64,000 nucleotides of DNA from Alphaproteobacteria bacterium (GTDB taxonomy: Bacteria; Pseudomonadota; Alphaproteobacteria; UBA2966; CAIVPW01): the NCBI GenBank assembly GCA_016869235.1, contig VGER01000004.1, positions 5,454 to 69,453 of the forward strand, given 5' to 3'. How positions within the stretch are numbered: position 1 is the stretch's first letter; the number at the start of each line of letters is the position of its first letter. Below are positions 30,019 to 39,605 of the stretch, piece after piece. The notes under the pieces were generated by a model that worked only from the letters and a program-made list of their open reading frames with translations, had not been told where the DNA came from and did not search any database. The position numbers and the translations under genes were made by a program.

Positions 30019-30783
30019 ATGCGTAGTTGGCACGAGTGCGTTGTCCTTTCGTTGGTGGTGCCGCTGCTCGCCGCGATGCTGTGGACGGCGGGGACGGCAC
30101 GCACCGCCCGTGCCGCGACGATGACGTTCACCGGCGTGCACACTGGTTGCGGCGCGCCGCCGGAGGCTTTCCAAGGCCACATCGAGGACAACATCGTCGC
30201 GACGCCGGAGGGCTTCGGCACCCTCGCGGCGGCCGGCGCCATCGGCGACGTCGGCCACATGGACGACGGCGGCACCGGGTGTGCGCGCGCGGTGCTGTTC
30301 GAGCTGTTCGAGGCGGCGGCTCTCGCGCCGGACGGTACGCCGGTCGCAAGCGGCCCCCGTCGCTTCGACGCCAAAACCGTGGAGATGCGTCCGCTCGGTC
30401 CGACCGCCTGGTGCGCACCGGAGCACGAGGATGGTTTCTTCTACGGTGATGCCTTCGACAACGTCCGGTGGGAGGGGTTCCGGGGCGCCAGCCTCGTCGC
30501 CAGCCACGCCTTCTTTGTCGGCACTGGCGCACCGTACACCTTCGCCTTCGGCGATCTGTTCCACGACCTCTCGGCGCTGCGCCTGACCGCGCAGTTCCCG
30601 GCACCGGAGCTCGGCGGCACGTGCTGGGACTCGCCGTGCGCCCACTTCGAGGTCGACAACCTTGTGCTCGTCGGCCTCGCGGTGACACCGGTGCCGCTTC
30701 CCGGCGCTCTCGTGCGGCTGGTCGGCGCCCTCGCGGTCCTGGCGGGAGCGGGGCTGCGCCGGACGGCTTCCACGGCGCGCTGA
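30019..30783 (+). CDS. Exported hypothetical protein with a PEP-CTERM-like sorting signal (VPLP variant)
   Basis: Signal peptide MRSWHECVVLSLVVPLLAAMLWTAGTARTARAA. Extreme C-terminus ...HFEVDNLVLVGLAVTPVPLPGALVRLVGALAVLAGAGLRRTASTAR (DNL motif, VP-x-P, hydrophobic helix, RR). Confidence 0.6.
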   Translation: MRSWHECVVLSLVVPLLAAMLWTAGTARTARAATMTFTGVHTGCGAPPEAFQGHIEDNIVATPEGFGTLAAAGAIGDVGHMDDGGTGCARAVLFELFEAAALAPDGTPVASGPRRFDAKTVEMRPLGPTAWCAPEHEDGFFYGDAFDNVRWEGFRGASLVASHAFFVGTGAPYTFAFGDLFHDLSALRLTAQFPAPELGGTCWDSPCAHFEVDNLVLVGLAVTPVPLPGALVRLVGALAVLAGAGLRRTASTAR

Positions 30784-30897
30784 AGGTTCGCGCCCAAGTC
30801 CTTGTCCTGCCCCGGTATGTCGGTCGGTAGGCAATCCTTGCCCATTGTGACGGCCGAACAGGTTGGTAGAAAGTGATGCCAACCAAGCGACCGCAGG

Positions 30898-31669
30898 TTG
30901 TGCCCTGATCACAGACCGCGGGAGGAAGCCCGTCGAGGCTACGGGTTCGGGGGCAAGGTCGTGACGCCGCAGAAGCTAGTCGACGTCCTGAAGAAGCACG
31001 ATCGCTATGTGCGCGGCCTGAGCGGCGGCGCGCGTGCCGACCTGCGCGGCCAGAACCTCTCCGGCCCGCGTCTCGCTGGCGTCAACCTGCGCGATGCCTC
31101 GCTCGCCATGGCGCGGTTCAACGGAGCGCGTCTCGTCGGCGCCGTGCTCGTCGACGTGGACCTCAGCTCCGCCGACTTGCGCGACGCGACCCGTGAACCT
31201 CACCCTCGCCAGGCTCGCCCCCGAACTGCAGCGTGCACTGCGGGAGCACGCGGTGTGGGCCGACTCCGGCGGCGCCCACGGCATTCGTGCGGTGCTCGAC
31301 GGCCAGGACCTCGCCGGCGTCGAGTTGTCGGGCGCCTATCTTTCGGGGGCCAGCTTGGTACGCTGCAACCTGGCGGACGCCATTCTTTCCGGCGCCAAAC
31401 TGATCCTGGCTGACTTGCGCGAGGCCAACCTCACCGGCGCCGACTTGCGGCGCGCCGACCTCTCCGGCACCGTGCTGGTTGGCGCCAAGCTCGTGCGCGC
31501 CAAGCTCGCCCACGCCGTGCTGAAGCGAGTCGAGCTGCGCGACGGGCAAGGGCGCGCGACCGGCAAAGTAGCCCCCACCAACCTGCGCGGCGCATCGCTG
31601 ATCGACGCCGATCTTAGTTTCGCCGACCTCTCCGAAGCCGCCATCGATCCGCCCGCCGCCGCGGACTGA
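30898..31669 (+). pseudogene. Pentapeptide-repeat protein (paralog 1) with a +1 frameshift near 31188-31195
   Basis: Frame A (30898..) gives ...ADLRGQNLSGPRLAGVNLRDASLAMARFNGARLVGAVLVDVDLSSADLRDAT. Frame B (to 31669) continues VNLTLARLAPELQRALREHAVW...ADLRRADLSGTVLVGAKL... with a 5-residue periodicity. Confidence 0.6.
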
Positions 31670-31796
31670 CGGCGCTCCGGCCAAGGGGTCTGCCCGGACC
31701 GCGCTCCAGGCTGCGACAGTTTGCGGGTGGTTAATTTCAGCCACTGCGACGTGTCCCCGCGCTAAGATTGAGCATTGGTTCCCGGGGAGGACCGGT

Positions 31797-34130
31797 ATGC
31801 GACGCGGAGCGTGGTTTGCGCTGGCCATAGTCGGCGCGGTGGGAATTCTGCCTGCCCTGCAGGGCTTCGCCCGCGAGAAGGGAGATGACCTTGAGTTCTG
31901 CGCCGAGCAGATCGAGCGGCTCAAGGAAGCGCTCAAAGGCGACATCCCGGACATGAACGTACGCGGCGCCGCCGACGAGGAACTCGGCGAGGCGCTGGAG
32001 GCCTTGGAGGACCGCGACGTCGAGGAATGCGTCGACGCGCTTGAGGAAGCGTTCGAGCACCTCGGCATGTCCCTGCGCGGACCCGCCCCCGCGGCGGTGC
32101 GCCAGGCAGCCATCGACGCCGGCCTGGCGCCGCTTTCGACGGTGGCAATCCCGAGGCCGGCCGACCTCAATGATTACATCCGCCCCGGCCAGGAGCAGGC
32201 GGCGGTGCAACTCGGCAAGGCGCTGTTCTGGGACATGCAGGTCGGCAGCGACGGCAAGGCGTGCGGCTCCTGTCATTTCCACGCGGGCGCCGATAACCGG
32301 CTCAAGAACCAGATCAATCCCGGCACCAAAGGCGGCGACACCAAGTTCGGCGTGACGATCACCGACGCCGGCAAGGCCAAAGGCCTCACCGCGCCGGAGT
32401 TCGGCCCCAACTACGTGCTGAAGGCCGATGACTTCCCGTTGCGGCTGCTCGCCGATGCCGAGGAGCCCAACTACAACAAGCGCGTCCTGCTGCGCGACAC
32501 CAACGACGTGATCTCGTCCCAGGGTGTGATGAAGTGGCGCTTCGACGGCATCGAGGCGGGGGCCGCGCGCGACGTGGGCACGCCCATGGCGGATGATGTC
32601 TTCACTGTCCAGGGCGTCAACACCCGCCGCGTCGAGCCGCGCCATACGCCGACCATGATCAACGCCGTGTTCAACCACGAGCAGTTCTGGGACGGCCGCG
32701 CCAAGAACTTCTTCAACGGCGTCAATCCGTTCGGCCGCATGGACCGCAACGCGAGGATCCTGGTGGTCGAGAACGGCGCCGTCGTGGAGCGCCAGCTCGT
32801 CATGGAGTTCGCCAGTCTCGCTTCCCAGGCGGTCGGTCCGCCGTTGTCGGAAGACGAGATGTCGTACACCGCGCGCACCTTCCCAGACCTCGGCAAGAAG
32901 ATGCTGGCGCTGCGTCCGCTGGCGACGCAGGAGGTGCACCCGCTCGACAGCGTGCTTGGCCCGCTTTCACGCGCCATCAGCGGCCAGCTCGGCCTCACCA
33001 CCGCCACCTACGCCGACATGGTGCGGGCGGTGTTCCAGCCGCTGGTGTGGGAATCCACCCAGGTCGTCACCTTCGAAGGCGACGTGCGCAGCGTGCGTAC
33101 CGCCGCCCAGGTGCCCGCCCACGCCAAGTCGTACAGCCTGATGGAGGCGAATTTCGCGCTGATCTTCGGTCTGGCCATTCAGATGTACGAGTCGACGCTG
33201 ATCTCCGATCAGACTCCGTTCGACGCGTTCCTGGCCGGCGACGACAAGGCGCTCGACGCCGACCAGCTGGTTGGCCTGCTGACCTTCATCAATCGCGGCA
33301 CCCCGGAGCAGAAGTCGAACCCCCTTTTCAAGGGCATCCGCCAGGGCAACTGCGTGGCCTGCCACGTAGGCCCGGAGCTCACCCAGGCGAGCAACACCTT
33401 CATGGGGCGCGGCATCCACCTGTCGGACCAGCCCGCCGCCATGGTCGACGGCCGCCTGGTCGTTGGCACGGGGCGGGGCGCTCTGCTGCTTGACCGGGGT
33501 TTCTCCAACATCGGCGTGCGGCCGACGGCCGAGGACATCGGCCACGGCGGTGCCGAGTTCGGCATCCCGTTCTCGCGCCAGCCCTTGGCGCGGCTCGACC
33601 TGCCGGCCAACGCCTTCGAGGTGCTCGTCGAGGGCCAGATGATGGCGCCGCAGCTCGGGATTCCCGGCTCGTTCAAGATTCCGGGCTTGCGCAACGTCGA
33701 GCTTACCGGGCCGTACTTCCACAACGGCGGCTTGGCGACGCTCGGCCAGGTCGTCGAGTTCTACGATCGCTTTGGCGACTTCGCCGACGTCAACATCAAG
33801 GAGCTCGACGTCAAGATGGCGCTCGTTGACCTTGAGGAGGAGGACGAGGTCGCGCTCATCAAACTGATGATCGCGATGACCGACGAGCGCGTGCGCAACG
33901 AGGCCGCGCCGTTCGACCGGCCGCAGTTGTTCATCCCGATGGGCCACCCCGGCGACCATGCCAAGATCGGCTGCGCCGCCGGATTCCTCCCCTGCGAGGA
34001 TCGCGTCGAGGTGCCGGCCGTCGGCGCGGGCGGCCGCACCGCCAAGGGCCTCCTGCCTTTGCAGCCCTTCCTCAACATCCCCCAACTGAGCACCAAGGGC
34101 GAGGATGACGAAGAAGAGGAGGACGAGTAA
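31797..34130 (+). CDS. Di-haem cytochrome c peroxidase (CCP/MauG)-family protein, atypically large (777 aa), with acidic N-terminal domain and poly-acidic C-terminal tail
   Basis: Signal peptide; LGKALFWDMQVGSDGKACGSCHF (haem 1 CxxCH); GNCVACHVGPELT (haem 2); ELTGPYFHNGGLATLGQVVEFY (conserved CCP motif); ends ...TKGEDDEEEEDE. Confidence 0.8.
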   Translation: MRRGAWFALAIVGAVGILPALQGFAREKGDDLEFCAEQIERLKEALKGDIPDMNVRGAADEELGEALEALEDRDVEECVDALEEAFEHLGMSLRGPAPAAVRQAAIDAGLAPLSTVAIPRPADLNDYIRPGQEQAAVQLGKALFWDMQVGSDGKACGSCHFHAGADNRLKNQINPGTKGGDTKFGVTITDAGKAKGLTAPEFGPNYVLKADDFPLRLLADAEEPNYNKRVLLRDTNDVISSQGVMKWRFDGIEAGAARDVGTPMADDVFTVQGVNTRRVEPRHTPTMINAVFNHEQFWDGRAKNFFNGVNPFGRMDRNARILVVENGAVVERQLVMEFASLASQAVGPPLSEDEMSYTARTFPDLGKKMLALRPLATQEVHPLDSVLGPLSRAISGQLGLTTATYADMVRAVFQPLVWESTQVVTFEGDVRSVRTAAQVPAHAKSYSLMEANFALIFGLAIQMYESTLISDQTPFDAFLAGDDKALDADQLVGLLTFINRGTPEQKSNPLFKGIRQGNCVACHVGPELTQASNTFMGRGIHLSDQPAAMVDGRLVVGTGRGALLLDRGFSNIGVRPTAEDIGHGGAEFGIPFSRQPLARLDLPANAFEVLVEGQMMAPQLGIPGSFKIPGLRNVELTGPYFHNGGLATLGQVVEFYDRFGDFADVNIKELDVKMALVDLEEEDEVALIKLMIAMTDERVRNEAAPFDRPQLFIPMGHPGDHAKIGCAAGFLPCEDRVEVPAVGAGGRTAKGLLPLQPFLNIPQLSTKGEDDEEEEDE

Positions 34131-34144
34131 AGCGTCCCTCAGAC

Positions 34145-35641
34145 CTACCGCAGCGAATTGGCGGCGGCTTCCGCCTCGGCACTGCGCGCCGCCATGCCCA
34201 TCGTGTCGAACAGGTAGGCGGCGATCCGGTAGTTGACCTGAGCCTCGATCGGCTGGGTCGTGCGTAGCGTGTCGCCGAGGCCTTTCAGCGTCCGCGCCTC
34301 GCCCAGGCGATAGCCGGTGGCCTCGAACACCACGCGTGCGCGCACCAGCGTGTCGGCGGCTTCCTCGCCGCGCCCGGTCTCGCGCAGCAGCGACGCCAGA
34401 GCCAGCAGGGCGTCGGCGGCGCCGACCTCGTCGTCGTTCTGGATCAGCATGTCGTGCGCGGCGCGGAAGTTGCGCTCGGCGAGCATGGGATTGCCGCCGC
34501 GCTGTTCGATGCGCCCGAGGGCGATCTGCGCCATGGCCTCGCCGATCTGGTTGCGAGCGGTGCGGTTCATCTCCAGCGCTTGCTGCAGCGCTTGGCGCGA
34601 ATCGGCGCCGGCCAGCGCGTTCATCTCGGCCAGGGCGATCAGCACGTGCGCCTCGGCCTGCGGGTCTCCGAGCTCCCGGATCAGCATCTGTGCGTCGGCA
34701 TACAGCGCGCGCGACGCCTCGTGGCGCTCGACGCCGCGTTCCAGGTCGGCCAGCCCGATGGTGGCGTAGATCTGTCCGAGCACGTCGCGTGCCTCGCGGT
34801 ACAGCACCAGCGCCTTGCCGTAGACCTCCCGCGCCTGCAGCGGCCGCCACGTGCGGTGCTCGAGGCGCGCGAACTCGAGCTGTTCCTGCGCCTCGGCGAT
34901 CGGCTCGCCGGCCTGCTGCGTGGCCAGGATCTGGTTGCGATGCTCGACGCGCTCGGCCTCGAAGTCGTCGGGGTAGTTGCCGGTGACCTCGTCCTGGGTA
35001 CGGCGCGCGAGCGTGGCGCCGGCGGCATCCCCGGTCGTGGTGAAGATCGCCAGCGCTCGCGCCGCGTCACGGCGCGCGGCGAGGATCAGGCCGAGGCGGC
35101 GCTCGGAGTCGGCGCGGCCGAGCAGCGAGCGCGCTTCGCCGCCCCAATCCTGCAGCGCGTGGTAGCGCTCCACGGCCAGGTCGAACACTTCGCGCGCGCG
35201 CTCGTTGTTGAACTGCGCGCGCTCCAGCTCGCCGAGCGCGAAGGTCGCGTCGGCCTGGCCCCTGGCGTCGCCGGCGGCGGCAAACACCGCCTCCGCCTGG
35301 CCTAGCACCTGGCGGCCGCGCTCGCCCTGGCCCATGGCACGGTCGAGGCTGCCCATAGCCAGCAGCGTGCGGCCCTCGCTGGTGCGGTCGCCGTCGCTGC
35401 GGAAGGCGGCCAGCGCCCGCTCGTAGGTCTGCCGCGCCTCCAGGTCGCGGCCGACGTTGGCGGCGCGCTCGGCTTCGCGGAGCAGTTGCTGGCCGCGCGA
35501 CTCGGCGCTGGCGCCTTTGGGCGTGTTGGCGGCGACTGCCGCCTCGGGTGTGGCCTGGGTGTCCTTGCGCGCCTGGTCGCCGCTGTCGCCGCAGGCGGAC
35601 AACGCCAGCGCCCCGGCAAGGGCGAACGAAATGCGTTTCAT
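34145..35641 (-). CDS. Lipoprotein with about 40-residue TPR-like (TPR_12-type) repeats
   Basis: MKRISFALAGALALSAC (lipobox), then repeats of the form ...ARxxYxxALxxF...GDxxGEAxxLxxLGxLExxxG... Start chosen inside the 1109-aa composite ORF. Confidence 0.7.
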   Translation of the reverse strand: MKRISFALAGALALSACGDSGDQARKDTQATPEAAVAANTPKGASAESRGQQLLREAERAANVGRDLEARQTYERALAAFRSDGDRTSEGRTLLAMGSLDRAMGQGERGRQVLGQAEAVFAAAGDARGQADATFALGELERAQFNNERAREVFDLAVERYHALQDWGGEARSLLGRADSERRLGLILAARRDAARALAIFTTTGDAAGATLARRTQDEVTGNYPDDFEAERVEHRNQILATQQAGEPIAEAQEQLEFARLEHRTWRPLQAREVYGKALVLYREARDVLGQIYATIGLADLERGVERHEASRALYADAQMLIRELGDPQAEAHVLIALAEMNALAGADSRQALQQALEMNRTARNQIGEAMAQIALGRIEQRGGNPMLAERNFRAAHDMLIQNDDEVGAADALLALASLLRETGRGEEAADTLVRARVVFEATGYRLGEARTLKGLGDTLRTTQPIEAQVNYRIAAYLFDTMGMAARSAEAEAAANSLR

Positions 35642-35667
35642 CGTGCCTCTGGGATGTGGCGCCGGCG

Positions 35668-37434
35668 CTAGCGGCCGCGCGGCGGCTCCAGCGCGGCGGC
35701 AAGGCGCTTTTCCACGCGCTCCACCAAAGTCCGCGCCTCGATGTTGTGGTCCGGGAACTCGTCGATATTGGCCTTCACCAGGATCGGATCGGGCTCGACG
35801 TCCTCCGGGTGCGCATCGGGGTTCTCGTAGAAGTTCGTCGCCGGCGGCGGTATGATGTAGACGGCGTCCACCGGCGGCAGGTCGAGGAGGCGATTGGCCT
35901 CGGCGACCTTGTTGGTGATGCCGTTCCACGCCTGCTCGGCGGTGCGGTACGCCACGGCCGCGTCGGCCGAGTTGCCGCCAGCGCGCAGCGCGTCGCCCAA
36001 TCCCAGTTGCGCTTCGACCACGCCCAGCAGTAGGTGCGCGTCCGTCATGCGCTGGGCCCCGTCGCGGAACCCGTTGGCGTCGCTGGCGAGGGCCAATGCG
36101 GCCCGCGCGCGTCCCTCCGCGTTGCGGCTCTGCGCGAACAGGACGTTTGCGGCCTGTCCGTGCTGGTTGGCGGCGTCGGTGTCGCCCATCTCGCGCGCCG
36201 TCGCCGCTGCAGCCACGCGGGCGATGGCTTCTTCTTCTTTCCAGCCGGAGCGCTGCGCGGCGGCGATGGCACGCTCCAGGCTCACGCGGGCGGCGGCGGG
36301 GTTGCCGCCGAAGAGTTCCAGCTGGCCCAGCTTGCGCAGGGCTTCCGCCTCGGCCCGGTTGCCCGACGGTGCGAGTGCTGCCGCGGCGTCGGCGTACTGC
36401 TTGCGGGCCATCTCGAGGCGGCCCTGCAGCCGTTCGAGATCGCCGAACGCAATCGCCGCACGGCCGACGCCGGCCGCGTTGCCTGCTGCGGTGAACAGGG
36501 CGCGGCTCTGTTCCAGGCTCTCGACTGCCTGGCGATTGAAGCCGCGCCGGATGTCGATTGCGGCGATCTGCAGGTTGGCGTCCGCCTCGCGATCCTTGTC
36601 GCCGGCGGCGTTGAACAGGCTGCACGCGTCGGCGAACAGGGCGCGCGCGAGGTCGACGCGGCCCAAGCGGAACTCGAGCTGCGCGGTGATCAGCGCGATG
36701 TCGGCCAAGCCGACCTTGTCGCCGAGCTGGTCGTAGATCTTGCGCGCCTGGTCGAGCGCCGCGCGGGTCCGTTCCTCGCCGTTGCGCAACAGCGGCGCGT
36801 CCTCGATGCCGAGCAGCACGTGCGGATCGCTCTTCGGCTCGGGCGCGCGCTGCCACTGCTGGCGCGCCAGCGCGTAGTACTCCGACGCCTTGGCCCACTG
36901 GAACGTGTCCTTCTCGAGGTCGCCCATGGACGCATACACGCGTGCCACGCCGATGGGGCTGCCGCCTTGCTGATAAAGAGCGAGGGCGGCCGAGTAGCTT
37001 TGGCGCGCCCGCGCGCTCTGCCCGATCATGTGCTCCAGGCGGCCTTCGCCGAGCACGACGGACGCTTCGCCGAGCACGTCCTTGGCGGCGCGATAGGATT
37101 GCCTGGCGCGTTCGTACGTCTTCCGCGCTGCTTCGGTCTGGCCCATGTTGGCTTCGCGCGCCGCCTGAGTCATCAGCGCAGCGGCGGCGTCGCGGTCGGC
37201 GCGCGGCGCGTCCGTGGTCCGGGCGGCAGTCGTCTGCGCCGGCGCGGCTTCTTCGCTCCGCGGCACCTGCGACGCGCCGGCAATGAACAGGGCGATGGCG
37301 ACGAGCGCCGACAGCGACGCGGCGGCGGCGCGCGCCGGGCCGCGAATCAAGACGGCGGCGGCGATGGCCGCGCCGGCGAACAGGAAGGCGGCCAGCCCCC
37401 ACGCCGTCGTCAATGCGCCCACCCACTGGTCCAT
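35668..37434 (-). CDS. Membrane-anchored TPR-like repeat protein (tandem paralog of the adjacent lipoprotein)
   Basis: Two N-terminal hydrophobic helices (WVGALTTAWGLAAFLFAGAAIAAAVLI; AASLSALVAIALFIAGA), then the same repeat type as the downstream lipoprotein. Confidence 0.7.
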   Translation of the reverse strand: MDQWVGALTTAWGLAAFLFAGAAIAAAVLIRGPARAAAASLSALVAIALFIAGASQVPRSEEAAPAQTTAARTTDAPRADRDAAAALMTQAAREANMGQTEAARKTYERARQSYRAAKDVLGEASVVLGEGRLEHMIGQSARARQSYSAALALYQQGGSPIGVARVYASMGDLEKDTFQWAKASEYYALARQQWQRAPEPKSDPHVLLGIEDAPLLRNGEERTRAALDQARKIYDQLGDKVGLADIALITAQLEFRLGRVDLARALFADACSLFNAAGDKDREADANLQIAAIDIRRGFNRQAVESLEQSRALFTAAGNAAGVGRAAIAFGDLERLQGRLEMARKQYADAAAALAPSGNRAEAEALRKLGQLELFGGNPAAARVSLERAIAAAQRSGWKEEEAIARVAAAATAREMGDTDAANQHGQAANVLFAQSRNAEGRARAALALASDANGFRDGAQRMTDAHLLLGVVEAQLGLGDALRAGGNSADAAVAYRTAEQAWNGITNKVAEANRLLDLPPVDAVYIIPPPATNFYENPDAHPEDVEPDPILVKANIDEFPDHNIEARTLVERVEKRLAAALEPPRGR

Positions 37435-37524
37435 GCAACGCGCCCCGTGCCGCTTCGCGCCCGGACAGTACCAAATGCGCCGATGCGGCGGAAACGGCAG
37501 CTGCCTGGCTCGGTCTCGGCCGTT

Positions 37525-38706
37525 CTAGTCGTCACCGCCGGCGTGACGGTAGGGACTGTGCTCAGCGAAGTCCGCCATCTCGGCCTCGACGTGTGCCCGC
37601 TCGCGCACCAGGTAGTCCTCCACGGCGGCGCGGAAGCCCGGATCGGCGATCCAGTGGCACGAGTGCGTGCGCGCCGGAAGGTAGCCGCGGGCGAGCTTGT
37701 GGGGCCCCTGCGCCCCGGCCTCGACGCGGGCGAGGCGATGGGCGATCGCATACTCGATCGCCTGGTAGTAGCAGACTTCGAAGTGCAGGGAGCGCTGGTA
37801 CTCCGTGCAGCCCCAGTAGCGCCCATATAGGCCGTCGCTGCCGCGCAGGTTGAGCGCGCCGGCGATGGGCTCGCCCGCCTTGAAGGCGATCACCAGCACC
37901 ACCTCGTCGGCCATGCGCTCGCCGAGCAGCCTGAAGAACGTGCGGTTCAGGTACGGGCGGCCCCATTTGCGGCCGCCGGTGTCCATGTAGAAGGCGAAGA
38001 ACGCGTCCCACAGCGCGGGGGTGATTGCGTCCCCGGTGAAGGTGTCGACGGAGATGGTTCCGCCGGCCAGCGCCTCGGTGCGTTCCTTCTTCACCGCCTT
38101 GCGCTTGCGCGAGGCGAAGGTGGCCAGGAAGTCATCGAACGAGTCGTAGCCGCGGTTGGCCCAGTGGAACTGCTCGCCGGTTCGGGCGCTCAAGCCGCGC
38201 TGCACCATCGCCTCGCTCTCGGCGCCGGTGCAGAAGTTGACGTGCAGCGACGAAGCCCCGGCCTGCTGCGTCTCGGCAATCAGCGCATCCACCAGCGTGC
38301 GGCGCGCCTGACCCACGTCGATGCCGGGCCGAACCAGCAGCCGCGGACCGGGTACGGGGGTGAACGGCACGGCGACCAAAAGCTTAGGGTAGTAGCGGCC
38401 GCCGGCGCGCTCGAACGCTTCGGCCCATCCGTGGTCGAACACGTACTCCCCGTAGCAATGGTCCTTCAGGTACGCGGGTGCGGCCGCCGCGATGCTGCCG
38501 CTCGCGTCCTCCAGGACCATATGATGCGGCGTCCAGCCGGTGCGTCCGCCCACGCATCCGCTGTCCTCGAGGACGCGCAGGAAGCGATGGTGCACGAACG
38601 GGTTGCCCGCGCCCATGCTCGCGCCGGCGCAGGCATCCCAGGCCGTTTCGTCCACCGCCGCGATCCGAGCCACCACCTGGGCACGAACTGCGTCGGAGTC
38701 GCCCAT
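37525..38706 (-). CDS. DUF482/BioF2-like GNAT-fold acyltransferase (FemAB-like superfamily)
   Basis: ...GNPFVHHRFLRVLEDSGCVGGRTGWTPHHMVLED...YLKDHCYGEYVFDHGWAEAFERAGGRYYPKLLVAVPFTPV... Family assignment is from memory. Confidence 0.75.
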   Translation of the reverse strand: MGDSDAVRAQVVARIAAVDETAWDACAGASMGAGNPFVHHRFLRVLEDSGCVGGRTGWTPHHMVLEDASGSIAAAAPAYLKDHCYGEYVFDHGWAEAFERAGGRYYPKLLVAVPFTPVPGPRLLVRPGIDVGQARRTLVDALIAETQQAGASSLHVNFCTGAESEAMVQRGLSARTGEQFHWANRGYDSFDDFLATFASRKRKAVKKERTEALAGGTISVDTFTGDAITPALWDAFFAFYMDTGGRKWGRPYLNRTFFRLLGERMADEVVLVIAFKAGEPIAGALNLRGSDGLYGRYWGCTEYQRSLHFEVCYYQAIEYAIAHRLARVEAGAQGPHKLARGYLPARTHSCHWIADPGFRAAVEDYLVRERAHVEAEMADFAEHSPYRHAGGDD

Positions 38707-38709
38707 GCG

Positions 38710-39177
38710 TCAGCTGAGCTCGAAGATCGCATCGATTTCCACGACGGCGTCGAGCGGCAGGGAATCCGTGCCAACCGCGAAACGCGCATGGCGGCCCGGC
38801 TCGCCGAAGACTTCGGCCATCAGGTCCGAGGCGCCGTTCAGCACCTGCGGGTGCTCCTTGAAGCCGGTCACCGCGTTGACGAAGCCGCCGAGCTTGATGC
38901 AGCGGCGTACGCGGTCGAGGTCGCCGTCGGCGGCCGCCTTCACTTGGCTCAGGATGTTGATGGCGCACAGGCGGGCGGCGCGCTTGGCGTCCTCGACGCT
39001 CACCGCCGCGCCGACCTTGCCCGCATACTTGAGAGTGCCGGCCTCGGTAGGCAGCTGTCCGGCGATGTAGACGGTGGCGCCGCTGTGCACGAACGGCACG
39101 TAGTTGGCAACCGCCTTGGCAGGCGGCGGCAGGGTTACTCCCAGCTCGCGCAAACGCGCGTCGATCTTACCGGCCAC
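38710..39177 (-). CDS. RidA/YjgF-family protein (GTG start)
   Basis: ...LPPPAKAVANYVPFVHSGATVYIAGQLP... A GTG at 39177 has GGGAGGAG 5-12 nt upstream. The stop abuts the DUF482 gene start. Confidence 0.75.
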   Translation of the reverse strand: MAGKIDARLRELGVTLPPPAKAVANYVPFVHSGATVYIAGQLPTEAGTLKYAGKVGAAVSVEDAKRAARLCAINILSQVKAAADGDLDRVRRCIKLGGFVNAVTGFKEHPQVLNGASDLMAEVFGEPGRHARFAVGTDSLPLDAVVEIDAIFELS

Positions 39178-39605
39178 GGGCTCCTCCCAAGGGACTTCCA
39201 CGTCGGCGCGACCCGGGCCGGGCGCGCGAAGGGACAAGCTTAGCGAGGGATGCGTGTGGGTGCCACAAGGGCGGATTCGGGCGCCGCACCCCAGGCTGGG
39301 CCTGTGCCTAGGCGCCCGGCTTGGCGCCAGCACCCGCGCGCTGCAGTGCCATCGCCTCCCACTCCTCGGCGAGCTTCAGCAGGCGGCGGCGAACCCCCTC
39401 GTCCTCGACCCCATCGGCCACGCGTCGCATCGCCTGAGCGCGGGCGTGCCACCGCTCGATTCTGATCCACGCCGACCCTGTGGTTGGTGCGCGCGGCACC
39501 ACCCGCGCTCGCGGGCGATGTAGCGTGGCCGCTACCGGCGACAAGCGTCAGCAGGACGGTGGAAACGGCCTGTGGCAATCGACCGCAAGCCGGCACAGGA
39601 ACCGG

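Noticed and set aside
34145-37474. Single 1109-aa minus-strand ORF
   Set aside because: It is a fusion artefact. The 3' 498 codons form a lipoprotein gene with its own ATG and lipobox at 35641. The upstream part is an out-of-frame read of the separate TPR membrane-protein gene (35668..37434).
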